Assembly (NCBI GenBank): GCA_000166095.1
Contig: CP002278.1
Location: 1,140,001 to 1,172,000 of the forward strand
Source: Methanothermus fervidus DSM 2088
GTDB taxonomy: Archaea > Methanobacteriota > Methanobacteria > DSM-2088 > Methanothermaceae
Direction: 5' to 3'
DNA: 32,000 bases
Both the position numbers and the translations under genes were made by a program. The notes beneath the pieces were generated by a model. The model had not been told where the DNA came from. It ran no database searches and saw only the letters and a list, made by a program, of their open reading frames with translations. Shown piece by piece: positions 10,206 to 20,327 of this stretch. Every line of letters starts with the position of its first letter. The first letter of the stretch is position 1.

Positions 10206-11519
10206 ATGGATGTCCTTGTTGTAGATCTCACGCATGGTGGTATTACCTTAGCCAAAGAATTAAAAAAATATTTTGACAATGTTTTTGTTTGGGACATCTA
10301 CAATACTGTTCCTAAAGAAAAAAAGAAATTCTTAAGTAAGTATTTTAAATTTGTAGATACTGTCCCTAAAAGAAAAAATATTAAAATAATTGCACCAGTT
10401 CATTGCCCTCTAAATATAACTCCTGATTTTACACATCATGAGGCTGTAAATTTTATTTTACAGGATTGGAAAAATAAAAGAGACATACCAATAATTGAAG
10501 TTACTGGTGTTAAGGGCAAGACATCGGTAGTATGGATGTTAAAAGAAATTTTATCTCATAAAAACCCATTAATATTGAGCAGTATTGGTATTTTTTTAAA
10601 AGATAAAGTTTTAAAAAAAGACGTGAGCATAACTCCAGCAAATATAATCAAGGCTATTAAATTGGGAAAAGACAAATTTGGAGTTTGTATATTTGAAGTA
10701 TCACTTGGAGGTACAGGATTAGCAGATGTTGGTGTATTAACAAATATAGTTGAGGATTATCTGATAGCTGGAGGAAAAAGAAAAGCTAGTGAAGCTAAAA
10801 AACAAATATTTAGGAGTAAAATAACTTGCTGTGATTACAAAACACTAAAAAAATTTTATAAGGAATACATAGGGGAAGCAAATACTTTCTCTATAAATTA
10901 TCATGATGATGTAAATGTTTGGACTTCATCCATAAAATATGATTTTGAAAAAACCTCATTTAAAGTAAATGTAGATGGATTAAAAACTTTAAAGGGAGAA
11001 TTTTGTGGAAATATACGTATAGAAACATTTGCTCCAACATCTCATTATTTGTTAAATGTTTTAGCAGCTATATCTGCTGCATTGTCTTTAGGCGTTAAAA
11101 CAAAATACATAAAAAAAGGATTGTATAATTTTAGAGGCTTAAAAGGAAGAAGTTCCATAAAAAGAAAAAATAGTTGTAGAATAATAGAGGAAATAAATCC
11201 AGGTATAAACACTAAAACTATTGAAAATTCACTGGAAATTGCCAAAAATCTAAAAAATTCTGTAGTGATCATCGGTGGTCAATATGGTGTCACCTGTGAA
11301 GAACTCAATGAGGAAAGAGTTGCTAAAATAATTGATAATAATAGAGATGTTAATGTAGCATTAGTAGATGAGGTTGGAAAAAGCTTATTAAAAAAAATAA
11401 AAAGGAAAGTGGAATATGCTGACAATCCTAATAAATTGCTAAAATCATTTATAGAAAGAGGTTTTAAAAATATTGTGTTTGTGTACAGGTCAAAATATTC
11501 AGATTTAAGCAAAAGATGA
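10206..11519 (+). CDS. cfbE: Coenzyme F430 synthase CfbE (Mur ligase-like)
   Basis: Mur ligase-like P-loop EVTGVKGKTSVVWMLKEIL, FEVSLGGTGLADVGVLTNIVEDYLIAGG, FAPTSHYLLNVLAAISAALSLG. Located next to hemC. Confidence 0.85.
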   Translation: MDVLVVDLTHGGITLAKELKKYFDNVFVWDIYNTVPKEKKKFLSKYFKFVDTVPKRKNIKIIAPVHCPLNITPDFTHHEAVNFILQDWKNKRDIPIIEVTGVKGKTSVVWMLKEILSHKNPLILSSIGIFLKDKVLKKDVSITPANIIKAIKLGKDKFGVCIFEVSLGGTGLADVGVLTNIVEDYLIAGGKRKASEAKKQIFRSKITCCDYKTLKKFYKEYIGEANTFSINYHDDVNVWTSSIKYDFEKTSFKVNVDGLKTLKGEFCGNIRIETFAPTSHYLLNVLAAISAALSLGVKTKYIKKGLYNFRGLKGRSSIKRKNSCRIIEEINPGINTKTIENSLEIAKNLKNSVVIIGGQYGVTCEELNEERVAKIIDNNRDVNVALVDEVGKSLLKKIKRKVEYADNPNKLLKSFIERGFKNIVFVYRSKYSDLSKR

Positions 11520-11530
11520 AGTGATAAAAA

Positions 11531-12400
11531 ATGATAGTTGGTACCAGAGGTAGTCCATTAGCACTCAAACAAACATATTATGTTGTTAATCAACTTTCAA
11601 AATTGGTTAATGAGGAAGTAAAAATCAAAATTATAAAAACAACAGGGGATAAAATCAAGGATTCTCAGTTACATAAAATAGGTCAAAGAGGAGTTTTTAC
11701 AAAAGAAATTGACAAGGCAGTGCTAAATGAAGAAGTTGATTTGGCAGTCCATAGTTTGAAAGATGTACCAACAGAATTACATGAGGATTTAGAGATAGTA
11801 GCTATCCCACATAGAGATTCACCAAACGAAGTTTTAGTTTCTAAATATAGTTGGGATGAATTATCTGAAGAATGTATTTTAGGTACAAGTAGTTTAAGAA
11901 GAAAAGCATTTTGTCGTTACCATGGAAAAAAATTTAAAATAAAACCTTTGAGAGGAAACATTGAGACTAGAATTAAAAAAGTCGAAGATGGAGAATACGA
12001 TGCTACAATAATGGCTGAAGCCGCACTAAAGCGTTTAAATCTTGAAAAATATATTAAAAAAAGATTTTCTGTGAAATATTTTACTCCCTCTGCAGGACAA
12101 GGAGCAATAGCTATAGAAACGAGGTCTGATAGTAAATATATCTCTGTATTAAAAAAATTAAATGATCATAGAGCATTTTATGAAGTAACTGCTGAAAGAA
12201 CAGTACTAAAAGAACTTGGCGTTGGATGCCAATGGCCTATAGGTGTTGTGGCCAGATCCAAAGGCAAAAATTTAAATCTTTATGCAATTTTACTGTCTAA
12301 GAAAGGCAAACTGCTTTCAAAAATTGAGCTAGATGGGAAACTTCATGAAGCTACAAAATTAGGAAAAAAAGCTGCAAAAAAAATGGAGGGTTACATCTGA
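11531..12400 (+). CDS. hemC: Hydroxymethylbilane synthase (porphobilinogen deaminase)
   Basis: MIVGTRGSPLALKQ, HSLKDVPTELHEDL, LGTSSLRRKAF, FTPSAGQGAIAIETR, dipyrromethane-binding Cys in LGVGCQWPIGV. Confidence 0.95.
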   Translation: MIVGTRGSPLALKQTYYVVNQLSKLVNEEVKIKIIKTTGDKIKDSQLHKIGQRGVFTKEIDKAVLNEEVDLAVHSLKDVPTELHEDLEIVAIPHRDSPNEVLVSKYSWDELSEECILGTSSLRRKAFCRYHGKKFKIKPLRGNIETRIKKVEDGEYDATIMAEAALKRLNLEKYIKKRFSVKYFTPSAGQGAIAIETRSDSKYISVLKKLNDHRAFYEVTAERTVLKELGVGCQWPIGVVARSKGKNLNLYAILLSKKGKLLSKIELDGKLHEATKLGKKAAKKMEGYI

Positions 12401-13359
12401 AAAAATTAAATGTTGGAGTTATAGGAGTAGGAGCTATGGGTTACAATCATGCAAGAGTCTATTCCCAATTAAAAAATGCAAATCTTTTAGCAGTGGCAGA
12501 TATATCAAAGACTGCTCTCAAAAGGGTCACAAAAAGATATAATACAAAAGGATTCACAGATTATATGAAAGTCCTCGAAATGCCTGAAATAGACGCTGTA
12601 AGTGTGTGTGTACCAACCACTTATCACTATAAAGTTACAATGGATGCTATAGAACATGGAAAACATGTTTTAGTTGAAAAACCAATTGCATTTACAGTTG
12701 AAGAAGCCAAAGAAATGATTAAATTTGCAAGAAAAAAGAATGTTAAGTTAAGTGTCGGACATGTAGAACGTTTTAATCCAGCTGTACAAAAAGCAAAAGA
12801 AGTTGTAGAAAGTGGAACCATTGGTGACATTGTTACAGCATCCACAAAAAGGGTTGGACCATTTCCGCCACGAATCAAAGATGTCGGAGTGACTATAGAT
12901 CTCGCAATTCATGACATAGATATCATGCATTATCTTTTTGAAAAGAAAGTTGTGGAAGTATATGCATACATGGGAAGTATCTTAAATAAATGTGAATTTG
13001 AAGATCATGCTGAAATCATGGTAAAATTTCAGGAAAATATAGTTGGTTTACTAGAAGTTAATTGGCTAACTCCTTACAAAAAAAGAAAATTATCAATAAC
13101 AGGTACAGATGGGATTATATCTGTTGATTATATTACTCAAAATCTTAAAGTACATGGTAAATTCGCACAAAACATAAGTATAAATAAAGAAGAACCTTTA
13201 AAAAATGAATTAAGATCATTTGTAAATTCTGTGTTGGAAGATAAAGAACCTCCTGTAAATGGTGAAAGTGGATTGTATGCACTTAAAGTTGTGTTAAATG
13301 CTATAAAATCTGCAAAAAAAGGATATCCTGTAAGATTAGAAGGTGGAAAAAATGAATAA
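12397..13359 (+). CDS. Gfo/Idh/MocA family NAD(P)-dependent oxidoreductase, putative CTG start
   Basis: From CTG at 12397: (M)[36 protein letters not shown], a complete Rossmann motif. SD GGAGGG at 12385-12390. The track start (12436) would cut the motif off. [14 protein letters not shown] is the family signature. Confidence 0.85.
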   Translation: MKKLNVGVIGVGAMGYNHARVYSQLKNANLLAVADISKTALKRVTKRYNTKGFTDYMKVLEMPEIDAVSVCVPTTYHYKVTMDAIEHGKHVLVEKPIAFTVEEAKEMIKFARKKNVKLSVGHVERFNPAVQKAKEVVESGTIGDIVTASTKRVGPFPPRIKDVGVTIDLAIHDIDIMHYLFEKKVVEVYAYMGSILNKCEFEDHAEIMVKFQENIVGLLEVNWLTPYKKRKLSITGTDGIISVDYITQNLKVHGKFAQNISINKEEPLKNELRSFVNSVLEDKEPPVNGESGLYALKVVLNAIKSAKKGYPVRLEGGKNE

Positions 13360-13942
13360 AGAACTTATAAAAAAAGCTCAAGAACTTCGAGCCAGAGGAT
13401 TTACAACTGGAGAAATAGCGGATGAATTAAATATCTCCAGAGACACAGCAAGATGGCTGATATTAAAGGCTGAAGAAAAAGTTAGTAGAAAAGCTCCAAC
13501 AGACATTGCCATTGATTGGAGATGTTTGAGTGAAAGTGCATCAAGACTAAAATATGTATCAGCTATCATGGCAGATATAGCATCTAAGTATGATGTGGAA
13601 GGTATAGTGGGAATAGCTGTTAGTGGGGTACCAATAGCAACATTGATGGCAACATTAATGAATAAGGAATTATCATTTTCAGTTTTTCACCCTGCTAAAT
13701 TAAGGAAAGAAAAGGATGTAGATGGTACAATCAGCAGTAATTTCGCAAGCATATATAATAAAAAGGTAATCATTGTGGACGATGTTATAACAAGTGGTAG
13801 GACTGTTAAGGAAGCTGTAAAAGTTGTAAAGGAGCAAGGGGCAAAACCAGTTGCAGTTGTAGTGTTAATTGACAAGAAAAATCTCAAAGAAGTTGATGGA
13901 GTGCCAGTTGAATCATTAATTAAAGTTACTAGGGTAGGATAA
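13352..13942 (+). CDS. HTH plus phosphoribosyltransferase (orotate PRTase-like / GfcR-type regulator)
   Basis: N-terminal HTH ([26 protein letters not shown]) fused to a PRTase with PRPP loop [16 protein letters not shown] at 13352 is preceded by the SD AGGTGG. Confidence 0.87.
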   Translation: MNKELIKKAQELRARGFTTGEIADELNISRDTARWLILKAEEKVSRKAPTDIAIDWRCLSESASRLKYVSAIMADIASKYDVEGIVGIAVSGVPIATLMATLMNKELSFSVFHPAKLRKEKDVDGTISSNFASIYNKKVIIVDDVITSGRTVKEAVKVVKEQGAKPVAVVVLIDKKNLKEVDGVPVESLIKVTRVG

Positions 13943-13947
13943 ATGAA

Positions 13948-15282
13948 ATGAGATTCCGATTAGCTATTATCTTAGGAAAAATTGTAAGATTTGGTTTAAG
14001 ACTTTTAGGTAGAAGTGCTACAGCATTGCCTGGAAACATAGCATTAAAAATTTATCCAAATTTATTGAAGGTTATAGATAAAAGATGCAAAAAGAAAATA
14101 ATCATAACAGGTACAAATGGTAAAACAACTACAAATAATTTGATTTCATATATTCTTAAAGGAAAATTTAAGAATGTGCTTTCAAATTTAAGAGGAGCAA
14201 ATATGGCGCAGGGTGTTGCCAGTGCTTTTATAGCAGATTTTAAGGATAAATATGATTGGGGTGTGTTTGAAATAGATGAAGGGTCTTTGGATGATGTCTT
14301 AAATTATATAAACCCTGATTTTGTCGTTGTAACTAATTTTTTTAGGGACCAGCTAGATAGATATGGAGAAATTGAAAATACAGTGGCATTAGTAAAAAAT
14401 GTTTTAAAAAAGAAAAAGAATCTTAAATTAGTGTTGAATGCTGACGATCCCTTAGTTGCTCAATTTAATGATTTAGAACATGAAAAAATTTTCTATGGTG
14501 TAAATAAAAACAAATTTAGTAGTGAGAAGGGAAAAGTTGTTGAAACATGGTATTGTCCAAAATGTGGTGCAAAAATGGATTATAAATTCTTTAATTATGG
14601 ACATCTAGGCGAATATAAGTGTAATAACTGTGGATTTAAAAATCCAGAAAGAAAATACCTAGTTGACAATGTTAAATTTGATGGAAAATTTACATTTGAT
14701 GTAAGATACAATGGTAAGATTACTAAAGACATCTCTTTCAGGTATGAAGGAATATATAATTTGTATAATTGTTGCGCTGCATTTGCAACTTGTTGTGAAC
14801 TAGGACTAGATCCAAATATAATTAAGGAAAGAATCAGCAACTTTACATATAGATTAGGTAGAATGGAAGAAATTGCATATAAAAATAAAATTATTAAAAT
14901 AGCACTTGCAAAAAATCCAATTGGATTAACTGAAGTAATAAGAACAATAAAACAAGATGAAAATAAAAAAACCTTGGTTTTCATTTTAAATGATAATCCA
15001 GCAGATGGTGAAGATGTATCATGGATCTGGGACGCTGATTTTAGTGAGCTTAAAAAAATAAAAAATATAAATTCAATAATATGTTCTGGAATAAGAGCAG
15101 AAGACATTGCACTTAGAATCAAGTATGCAAATGTCCCAACAGATCTTATAGAGATTGATGATAATATAAAAAGTGCTATTAAGAAAGGAATCATGACAAA
15201 AGTTAAGAGAGTCTATATAATACCAACATATACAGCAGTTTTTGAAAGTAGGGACATTGTATTAGAGTTGGTGAAAAAATGA
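13948..15282 (+). CDS. MurT-like Mur ligase with zinc ribbon (DUF1727-type C-terminus)
   Basis: IIITGTNGKTTTNNLISYIL, FEIDEGSLDDVLNYINPDFVVVTNFFRDQLDRYGE, zinc ribbon WYCPKCGAKMDYKFFNYGHLGEYKCNNCG, ILNDNPADGEDVSWIWDADF. Confidence 0.88.
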   Translation: MRFRLAIILGKIVRFGLRLLGRSATALPGNIALKIYPNLLKVIDKRCKKKIIITGTNGKTTTNNLISYILKGKFKNVLSNLRGANMAQGVASAFIADFKDKYDWGVFEIDEGSLDDVLNYINPDFVVVTNFFRDQLDRYGEIENTVALVKNVLKKKKNLKLVLNADDPLVAQFNDLEHEKIFYGVNKNKFSSEKGKVVETWYCPKCGAKMDYKFFNYGHLGEYKCNNCGFKNPERKYLVDNVKFDGKFTFDVRYNGKITKDISFRYEGIYNLYNCCAAFATCCELGLDPNIIKERISNFTYRLGRMEEIAYKNKIIKIALAKNPIGLTEVIRTIKQDENKKTLVFILNDNPADGEDVSWIWDADFSELKKIKNINSIICSGIRAEDIALRIKYANVPTDLIEIDDNIKSAIKKGIMTKVKRVYIIPTYTAVFESRDIVLELVKK

Positions 15283-15998
15283 AATTGAAATTATTACATA
15301 TGTATCCAGATGTTTTGAATCTTTATAGAGATAGAGGGAATGTAATTACAATAAAAAGGAGGTGTGAATGGCGTAATATAGATATTGAGATCATTCCCTT
15401 CACAATTCATGATAAATACGATTTTGATGAAATAGATATATTTTTCATTGGTGGGGGATCAGACAGAGGACAAAGGATTGTATATAAAGATTTTCTAAAT
15501 TACAGACAAGAATTTAAAAGAGTTATAAAAGATGATGCTGTAATATTGGCGATATGTGGTGGATATCAGTTGTTAGGGAAAAAATACATAGATAGCGAAG
15601 GAAATGAGCTGCCAGGTCTTGGTATATTTAAATATGAAACTATAAGTGGGAAAGACAGACTAATTGGAAATATAATAATCGAAAATAATTTAGGATTAAA
15701 ACCAAAGACCATTGTTGGTTTTGAAAATCATGGAGGTAGGACATATAGTGATTATGAACCATTTGGATTTGTAAGAGTTGGTTATGGTAACAATGGAGAA
15801 GATGGAAAAGAAGGAATGGTATATAGAAATTGCATAGGTACATATCTTCATGGACCATTACTACCAAAAAATCCTCATTTAACAGATTATTTAATTTTAA
15901 AAGCACTTGAGAGAAAATATAATATTTCTTCTTTAGAGGAATTAAATGACGAAATTGAATATGCGGCCCATAAAAAAGTTTTAAAATTATATGGTTAA
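15279..15998 (+). CDS. GatD-like class I glutamine amidotransferase (CobB/CobQ-like)
   Basis: LHMYPDVLNLYRDRGNVITIKRR, IFFIGGGSDRGQ, nucleophile region VILAICGGYQLLGK, YLHGPLLPKNPHLTDYLI. Overlaps the MurT-like gene by 4 nt. Confidence 0.88.
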   Translation: MKLKLLHMYPDVLNLYRDRGNVITIKRRCEWRNIDIEIIPFTIHDKYDFDEIDIFFIGGGSDRGQRIVYKDFLNYRQEFKRVIKDDAVILAICGGYQLLGKKYIDSEGNELPGLGIFKYETISGKDRLIGNIIIENNLGLKPKTIVGFENHGGRTYSDYEPFGFVRVGYGNNGEDGKEGMVYRNCIGTYLHGPLLPKNPHLTDYLILKALERKYNISSLEELNDEIEYAAHKKVLKLYG

Positions 15999-16024
15999 TC
16001 AATGAGTTATTAAAAGGGAAAAAT

Positions 16025-17473
16025 ATGAAGACAGAAATAATTGATAGGAATGCAGAGTATTTGGGAATTCCTCGACTTTTATTGATGGAAAATGCTGGAA
16101 GATGCTTGGCAGAAAAAATTGTTAGTATTGCTGAAACAGAAAATGAAAAAATATCTATATTTTGTGGTTCTGGAGGCAATGGTGGGGATGGATTAGTGGC
16201 AGCTAGACACTTAGTTAATAGAGGATTTAAAGTTGAAGTCTTTTTAATGACACATCCTCAAAGAATAAGGTCTAAAGAAACAATCAAAAATTGGGAAATA
16301 ATAAATAATATGACGTATTCTGACAATTTGAATGTCAATGTTGTTTTAGATTCTTCTTATCTTCCTAGTAGTGTAGATGGCATAATTGTGGATGCAATGT
16401 TGGGAACAGGAATTAAAGGAAAAATTCGAGAACCTATAAGATCTGCTATAAAGCTAATAAATGATTCTAATGCTGTGGTGGTAGCGGTAGATGTTCCTAG
16501 TGGTTTAGATCCTACAACAGGAAAAATAAGTGATATAGCTGTTAAAGCTGATTATACAATAACTTTCCACAAAATAAAAAAAGGATTAGACACTAAAACT
16601 GCTGGAAAAATAATAGTATGTGACATAGGAATTCCAAAAGAAGCTGAAGTATTTGTAGGTCCTGGAGACTTAATTAGAATCAAAAGGAATCCTGAATCAC
16701 ATAAAGGAGAAAATGGTAAGGTTTTAATTATTGGTGGTAGTCCTGTATATAGTGGTGCTCCTGCATTGTCAGGGTTGGCAGCATTACAGGCAGGATGTGA
16801 TCTTGTAACAATTTTATGTCCAAAGACTGCAGCTCCAGTTATAAAATCATATAGTCCTGATTTAATTGTTAAAGAGATAGATAGTGATTATGTAGATAAA
16901 ATAGACATGGAACTCGTAGAAAAATCAGATAGTATTGTAATTGGCCCTGGTTTGGAAGAAAATCCTAAAACTCGTAAAGCATTTAAGTTTTTAATAAGAG
17001 AGATTGATGATACAACTCCTATAGTTATAGATGCTGATGCATTAAAACTTGTAGAAATAGAAGATATCAAAGATTTTGAAAACATTGTTTTGACACCGCA
17101 TCTAGGAGAATTTAAAAGACTGTTCAAAATTAGTGGTAAAGATTTAAAGTCAAAGATAAAATATGTTACTTCGGCCTCTAAAAAAATAAATGGCGTGATA
17201 TTGCTCAAAGGCAAAATAGATATTATAGCTCAAAATGGAAAAATACGGTTAAATAAAACTGGAAATCCTGGCATGACCGTTGGTGGAACGGGAGATGTTT
17301 TATCAGGCATTGTTGCTTCGCTTATATCGCAAAAATTAAGACCTTTTGATGCAGCATGTTTAGGAGCATTTATAAATGGAAAAGCAGGAGATCTAGCCAG
17401 TGAAATATATGGGTATAATTTTACAGCAACTAAAATGTTAAAATTTATTCCAAAGGCCATGAAATTAAAGTAG
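16025..17473 (+). CDS. nnr: Bifunctional NAD(P)HX epimerase/dehydratase
   Basis: N-terminal YjeF epimerase (FCGSGGNGGDGLVAARHLVNRGF, AMLGTGIKG) and C-terminal ADP/ATP-dependent dehydratase (KVLIIGGSPVYSGAPALSGLAAL, LTPHLGEFKRL, GNPGMTVGGTGDVLSG). Confidence 0.94.
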   Translation: MKTEIIDRNAEYLGIPRLLLMENAGRCLAEKIVSIAETENEKISIFCGSGGNGGDGLVAARHLVNRGFKVEVFLMTHPQRIRSKETIKNWEIINNMTYSDNLNVNVVLDSSYLPSSVDGIIVDAMLGTGIKGKIREPIRSAIKLINDSNAVVVAVDVPSGLDPTTGKISDIAVKADYTITFHKIKKGLDTKTAGKIIVCDIGIPKEAEVFVGPGDLIRIKRNPESHKGENGKVLIIGGSPVYSGAPALSGLAALQAGCDLVTILCPKTAAPVIKSYSPDLIVKEIDSDYVDKIDMELVEKSDSIVIGPGLEENPKTRKAFKFLIREIDDTTPIVIDADALKLVEIEDIKDFENIVLTPHLGEFKRLFKISGKDLKSKIKYVTSASKKINGVILLKGKIDIIAQNGKIRLNKTGNPGMTVGGTGDVLSGIVASLISQKLRPFDAACLGAFINGKAGDLASEIYGYNFTATKMLKFIPKAMKLK

Positions 17474-17722
17474 CCCAAGTATACGAAGTAGAATTAGCAC
17501 TCCAACGCCGGTTATACCTCCAAATCCTGCAACTAATACTGTTAATATATTAATTGGGATATGTACAAAAGGTAGAAAATTAACTAAGTGAAGTAACACC
17601 AAACCTGTTAAAATTTGCAATGCTAATCTGAGGACTATTCTTCCAATACTTAATAAAAATTTTAGGAATGCTAAACCTATTGCTATCACTATAATAGCAA
17701 AAAGAATTGTTGTAATTGACAA
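17465..17722 (-). CDS. Pro-sigmaK processing inhibitor BofA-family small membrane protein
   Basis: 85 aa, two to three TM segments, conserved LVLLHLVNFLPFVHIPINILTVLVAGFGGITGVGVLILL. Confidence 0.82.
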   Translation of the reverse strand: MSITTILFAIIVIAIGLAFLKFLLSIGRIVLRLALQILTGLVLLHLVNFLPFVHIPINILTVLVAGFGGITGVGVLILLRILGLL

Positions 17723-17726
17723 AAAA

Positions 17727-18908
17727 TCACCTAAACATCTTATTATATATTAGGGCCTGTATACCATAATTTTTTACCATACCTGCAATTTCTCTTTGAT
17801 CTATGGCCTTTTCATCAAACGATACCATTTCTTTTCTATAGAGAGCATATGGAGAATCCCTAGCAACGACCCTAATACTTCCTTTATGAAGTTTTAATGT
17901 TACTGACCCTGTAACTCTTCTTTGCATATGGTCTATCATCTTATCTAAATCTTCTCTCAGAGGTTCATGCCATAAACCATTGTATATAAGCTCAGCATAT
18001 TTTTCAGATATTATGTTACAAAATTTTAATTCCTCTCGAGTTAAAGTAAGTTGCTCCAATGATTTATGTGCAGTAATAAGTAAAGATGCTGCAGGTGCTT
18101 CATATATTTCTCTACTTTTAATTCCAATTATTCTATCCTCTACAATGTCAATTCTACCTATTCCATGTCTACCTGCTATTTCATTAGCTTTTTTAACGAT
18201 TTCTACAGGTTCCAAGTTTTTTTGATTTATAGAAACTGGAACTCCTGAATCAAATTCTATCTCCACATTTTCAGGTTCTTCAGGTGCATCATGGATAGAA
18301 TTTGTCCACATAAATACATCTTCAGGTGGCTCTACATCTGGATTTTCTAAAATATTTCCTTCAATTGATCTACCCCATATATTCTCGTCAATACTGTATT
18401 TTTTTCCTGAAGGTATTTCGATCCCATGTTCTTTAGCATATTTAATCTCTTCTTCTCTTGTTAAATTTAGATCACGTATTGGAGCAACTATTTTACAATC
18501 TGAAATTGCTCTTATTGTAGATTCGAATCTGAATTGGTCATTTCCTTTGCCTGTACATCCATGGGCAATTACATCAGCTTTTTCTTTTTCTGCTATTTCA
18601 ACAACCTTTTTTGCTATTAATGGCCTAGCTAACGCTGTACTAAGTGGATAACCTTCATAAATAGCATTTGCCTTTATAGCTCTGTAAACATACTCTTCAA
18701 CAAACTCATCTTTAGCATCTATAGTGTAGTGTTTGTAACTATATTTTTTTGCTATAGTTTCGGCCTGTTTAATATCTTCTTTATCTTGTCCCACATCTAC
18801 GCACGCAGTTATAACATTCATATTATATTTCTCTTCTAACAATTTTATACATACTGTAGTATCAAGTCCTCCACTAAATGCAAGAACAGCTTTATTCAAC
18901 TTTATCAC
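17727..18908 (-). CDS. argG: Argininosuccinate synthase
   Basis: [74 protein letters not shown]. Confidence 0.96.
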   Translation of the reverse strand: MIKLNKAVLAFSGGLDTTVCIKLLEEKYNMNVITACVDVGQDKEDIKQAETIAKKYSYKHYTIDAKDEFVEEYVYRAIKANAIYEGYPLSTALARPLIAKKVVEIAEKEKADVIAHGCTGKGNDQFRFESTIRAISDCKIVAPIRDLNLTREEEIKYAKEHGIEIPSGKKYSIDENIWGRSIEGNILENPDVEPPEDVFMWTNSIHDAPEEPENVEIEFDSGVPVSINQKNLEPVEIVKKANEIAGRHGIGRIDIVEDRIIGIKSREIYEAPAASLLITAHKSLEQLTLTREELKFCNIISEKYAELIYNGLWHEPLREDLDKMIDHMQRRVTGSVTLKLHKGSIRVVARDSPYALYRKEMVSFDEKAIDQREIAGMVKNYGIQALIYNKMFR

Positions 18909-18958
18909 CTATTTTTTCACTTACAAGTAATCATATATAATTTTTTGGAGAGGAAATA

Positions 18959-19684
18959 ATGACTCCAAAAATACACATAATTTGTAAGGATAGTGGTGGT
19001 GATATAACAAGAAATCCATACATAAATAAGTTTCTCAAAAATGAGAAATTAGTATATTATGCCAAAAAAGGAACACCTGTTGTTAAATTAGGTAGTGGAA
19101 GTCCCAAAGTAATGGTAACTGCCGGAGTCCATGGAGATGAACTCCCTCCACAACTAGCAGCTGTTAGATTAATTGAATTCTTAAAAAATTGTAAATTGGA
19201 TGGCACCGTTTATGTAATACCATTTGTAGCTCCAAAATCAACAATGGAAAATGTTAGAAATTTAAGAGGTAAGGATTTAAATAGACTTTCCCACTGTGAG
19301 GGTACAATAACAAATCATGTTCTCAATTTTGCACTTTCACATGCAGATGCTTTAGCAGACTTCCATTCAACCGAGATAGGAGGAAACCCTGGAGAAGAAA
19401 GCGTGTTCTGCTCTAAAAATCCTTGTATGGATAGTTTTATTTTAGGATCTTTTATAGCTCAAAAAATTTCAGCTAAATTAATATGTCATGAGAAAGCTGG
19501 AGAGAAATATCGTGGTGCATTAGAAGATGAATGTAATTTGCGTTATCTTCCAGCTGTAACATGTGAAGTTGTGAGTAAGAAAGGAAAGGCTGATGAAAAA
19601 AGTATAAGAAGGTCTTTCCTCCAAATGATAATTGTCCTCAGTTATTTTAATATAATTAAGGAGGATTTGGTTGCCATCATATAA
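18959..19684 (+). CDS. Succinylglutamate desuccinylase/aspartoacylase-family (M14-like) protein
   Basis: MVTAGVHGDELPPQLAAVRLIEFL, GKDLNRLSH, ADALADFHSTEIGG, TCEVVSKKG: the HxxE...H zinc-carboxypeptidase arrangement. Confidence 0.82.
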   Translation: MTPKIHIICKDSGGDITRNPYINKFLKNEKLVYYAKKGTPVVKLGSGSPKVMVTAGVHGDELPPQLAAVRLIEFLKNCKLDGTVYVIPFVAPKSTMENVRNLRGKDLNRLSHCEGTITNHVLNFALSHADALADFHSTEIGGNPGEESVFCSKNPCMDSFILGSFIAQKISAKLICHEKAGEKYRGALEDECNLRYLPAVTCEVVSKKGKADEKSIRRSFLQMIIVLSYFNIIKEDLVAII

Positions 19685-20327
19685 AAAACATGTGATTTTC
19701 TCTTTTATAATGATATTGCCTTTTATAAATTCTCCCATAACTCCATTTTTCGCTATAATAGGTAGCATGTTACCTGACTTAGATCATGTCGTGAAAAAGA
19801 AAAAAACAATATCCATAATAATAGTAGGATTGTTGTTTTTGACATTATCTTATTTTTATAAAAAATTAATTTTTATTAGCTGTTCTTTATTATCTTTAGG
19901 TTTATTTTTCTATTTTTCTAAACATAGAGGCATTAGTCATTCCCTATTTGGTACAATCTTTATCCCTACACTTTTAACAATTTTTATTTTTTATGTCCAG
20001 AATTTTTTCCAACATAAAATTGCAAATATTTTAGTTTTATTATTTTTAGTAGCAATTGTCTTTAAATTAAGGTTTCTACCATTTTTTGCTTTGTACCTTT
20101 TTTTATTTGAAAAATCATGTTTAAATCTTACCTTTATGGATATATTCTTGCCATTAAGTATTGGTTACTTAAGCCACATAATTCTTGATGGATTTACGCC
20201 CCATGGCATTAAATTCTTATATCCTTTAAGTAAAAAAAGATTTAAAAAAGGATTATCTATAATATTGTTAATTTTGTGGATAGTTTATTCCTATAAGCTA
20301 CTCCTTACGAAGTTTCCTGCTTCATAG
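19671..20327 (+). CDS. YdjM/LexA-binding-type membrane-bound metal-dependent hydrolase
   Basis: MLPDLDHVV, HRGISHSLFGT, YLSHIILDGFTPHGIKFLYPLS in a multi-TM protein. Confidence 0.85.
   Translation: MPSYKKHVIFSFIMILPFINSPITPFFAIIGSMLPDLDHVVKKKKTISIIIVGLLFLTLSYFYKKLIFISCSLLSLGLFFYFSKHRGISHSLFGTIFIPTLLTIFIFYVQNFFQHKIANILVLLFLVAIVFKLRFLPFFALYLFLFEKSCLNLTFMDIFLPLSIGYLSHIILDGFTPHGIKFLYPLSKKRFKKGLSIILLILWIVYSYKLLLTKFPAS

Noticed and set aside
11945-11985. Possible defect in hemC substrate-binding region (GNIETRIKKVED)
   Set aside because: Conservative variation of the usual GN(V/I)(D/E)TR motif; the reading frame and catalytic motifs are intact.
14595-15194. 199-aa minus-strand ORF inside the MurT-like gene, and similar antisense ORFs (e.g. 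1798-2205, 12627-12878, 22751-23116, 29638-30126)
   Set aside because: They are shadows of well-supported genes on the opposite strand, with Ser/Phe/Ile-rich composition and no recognisable domains.
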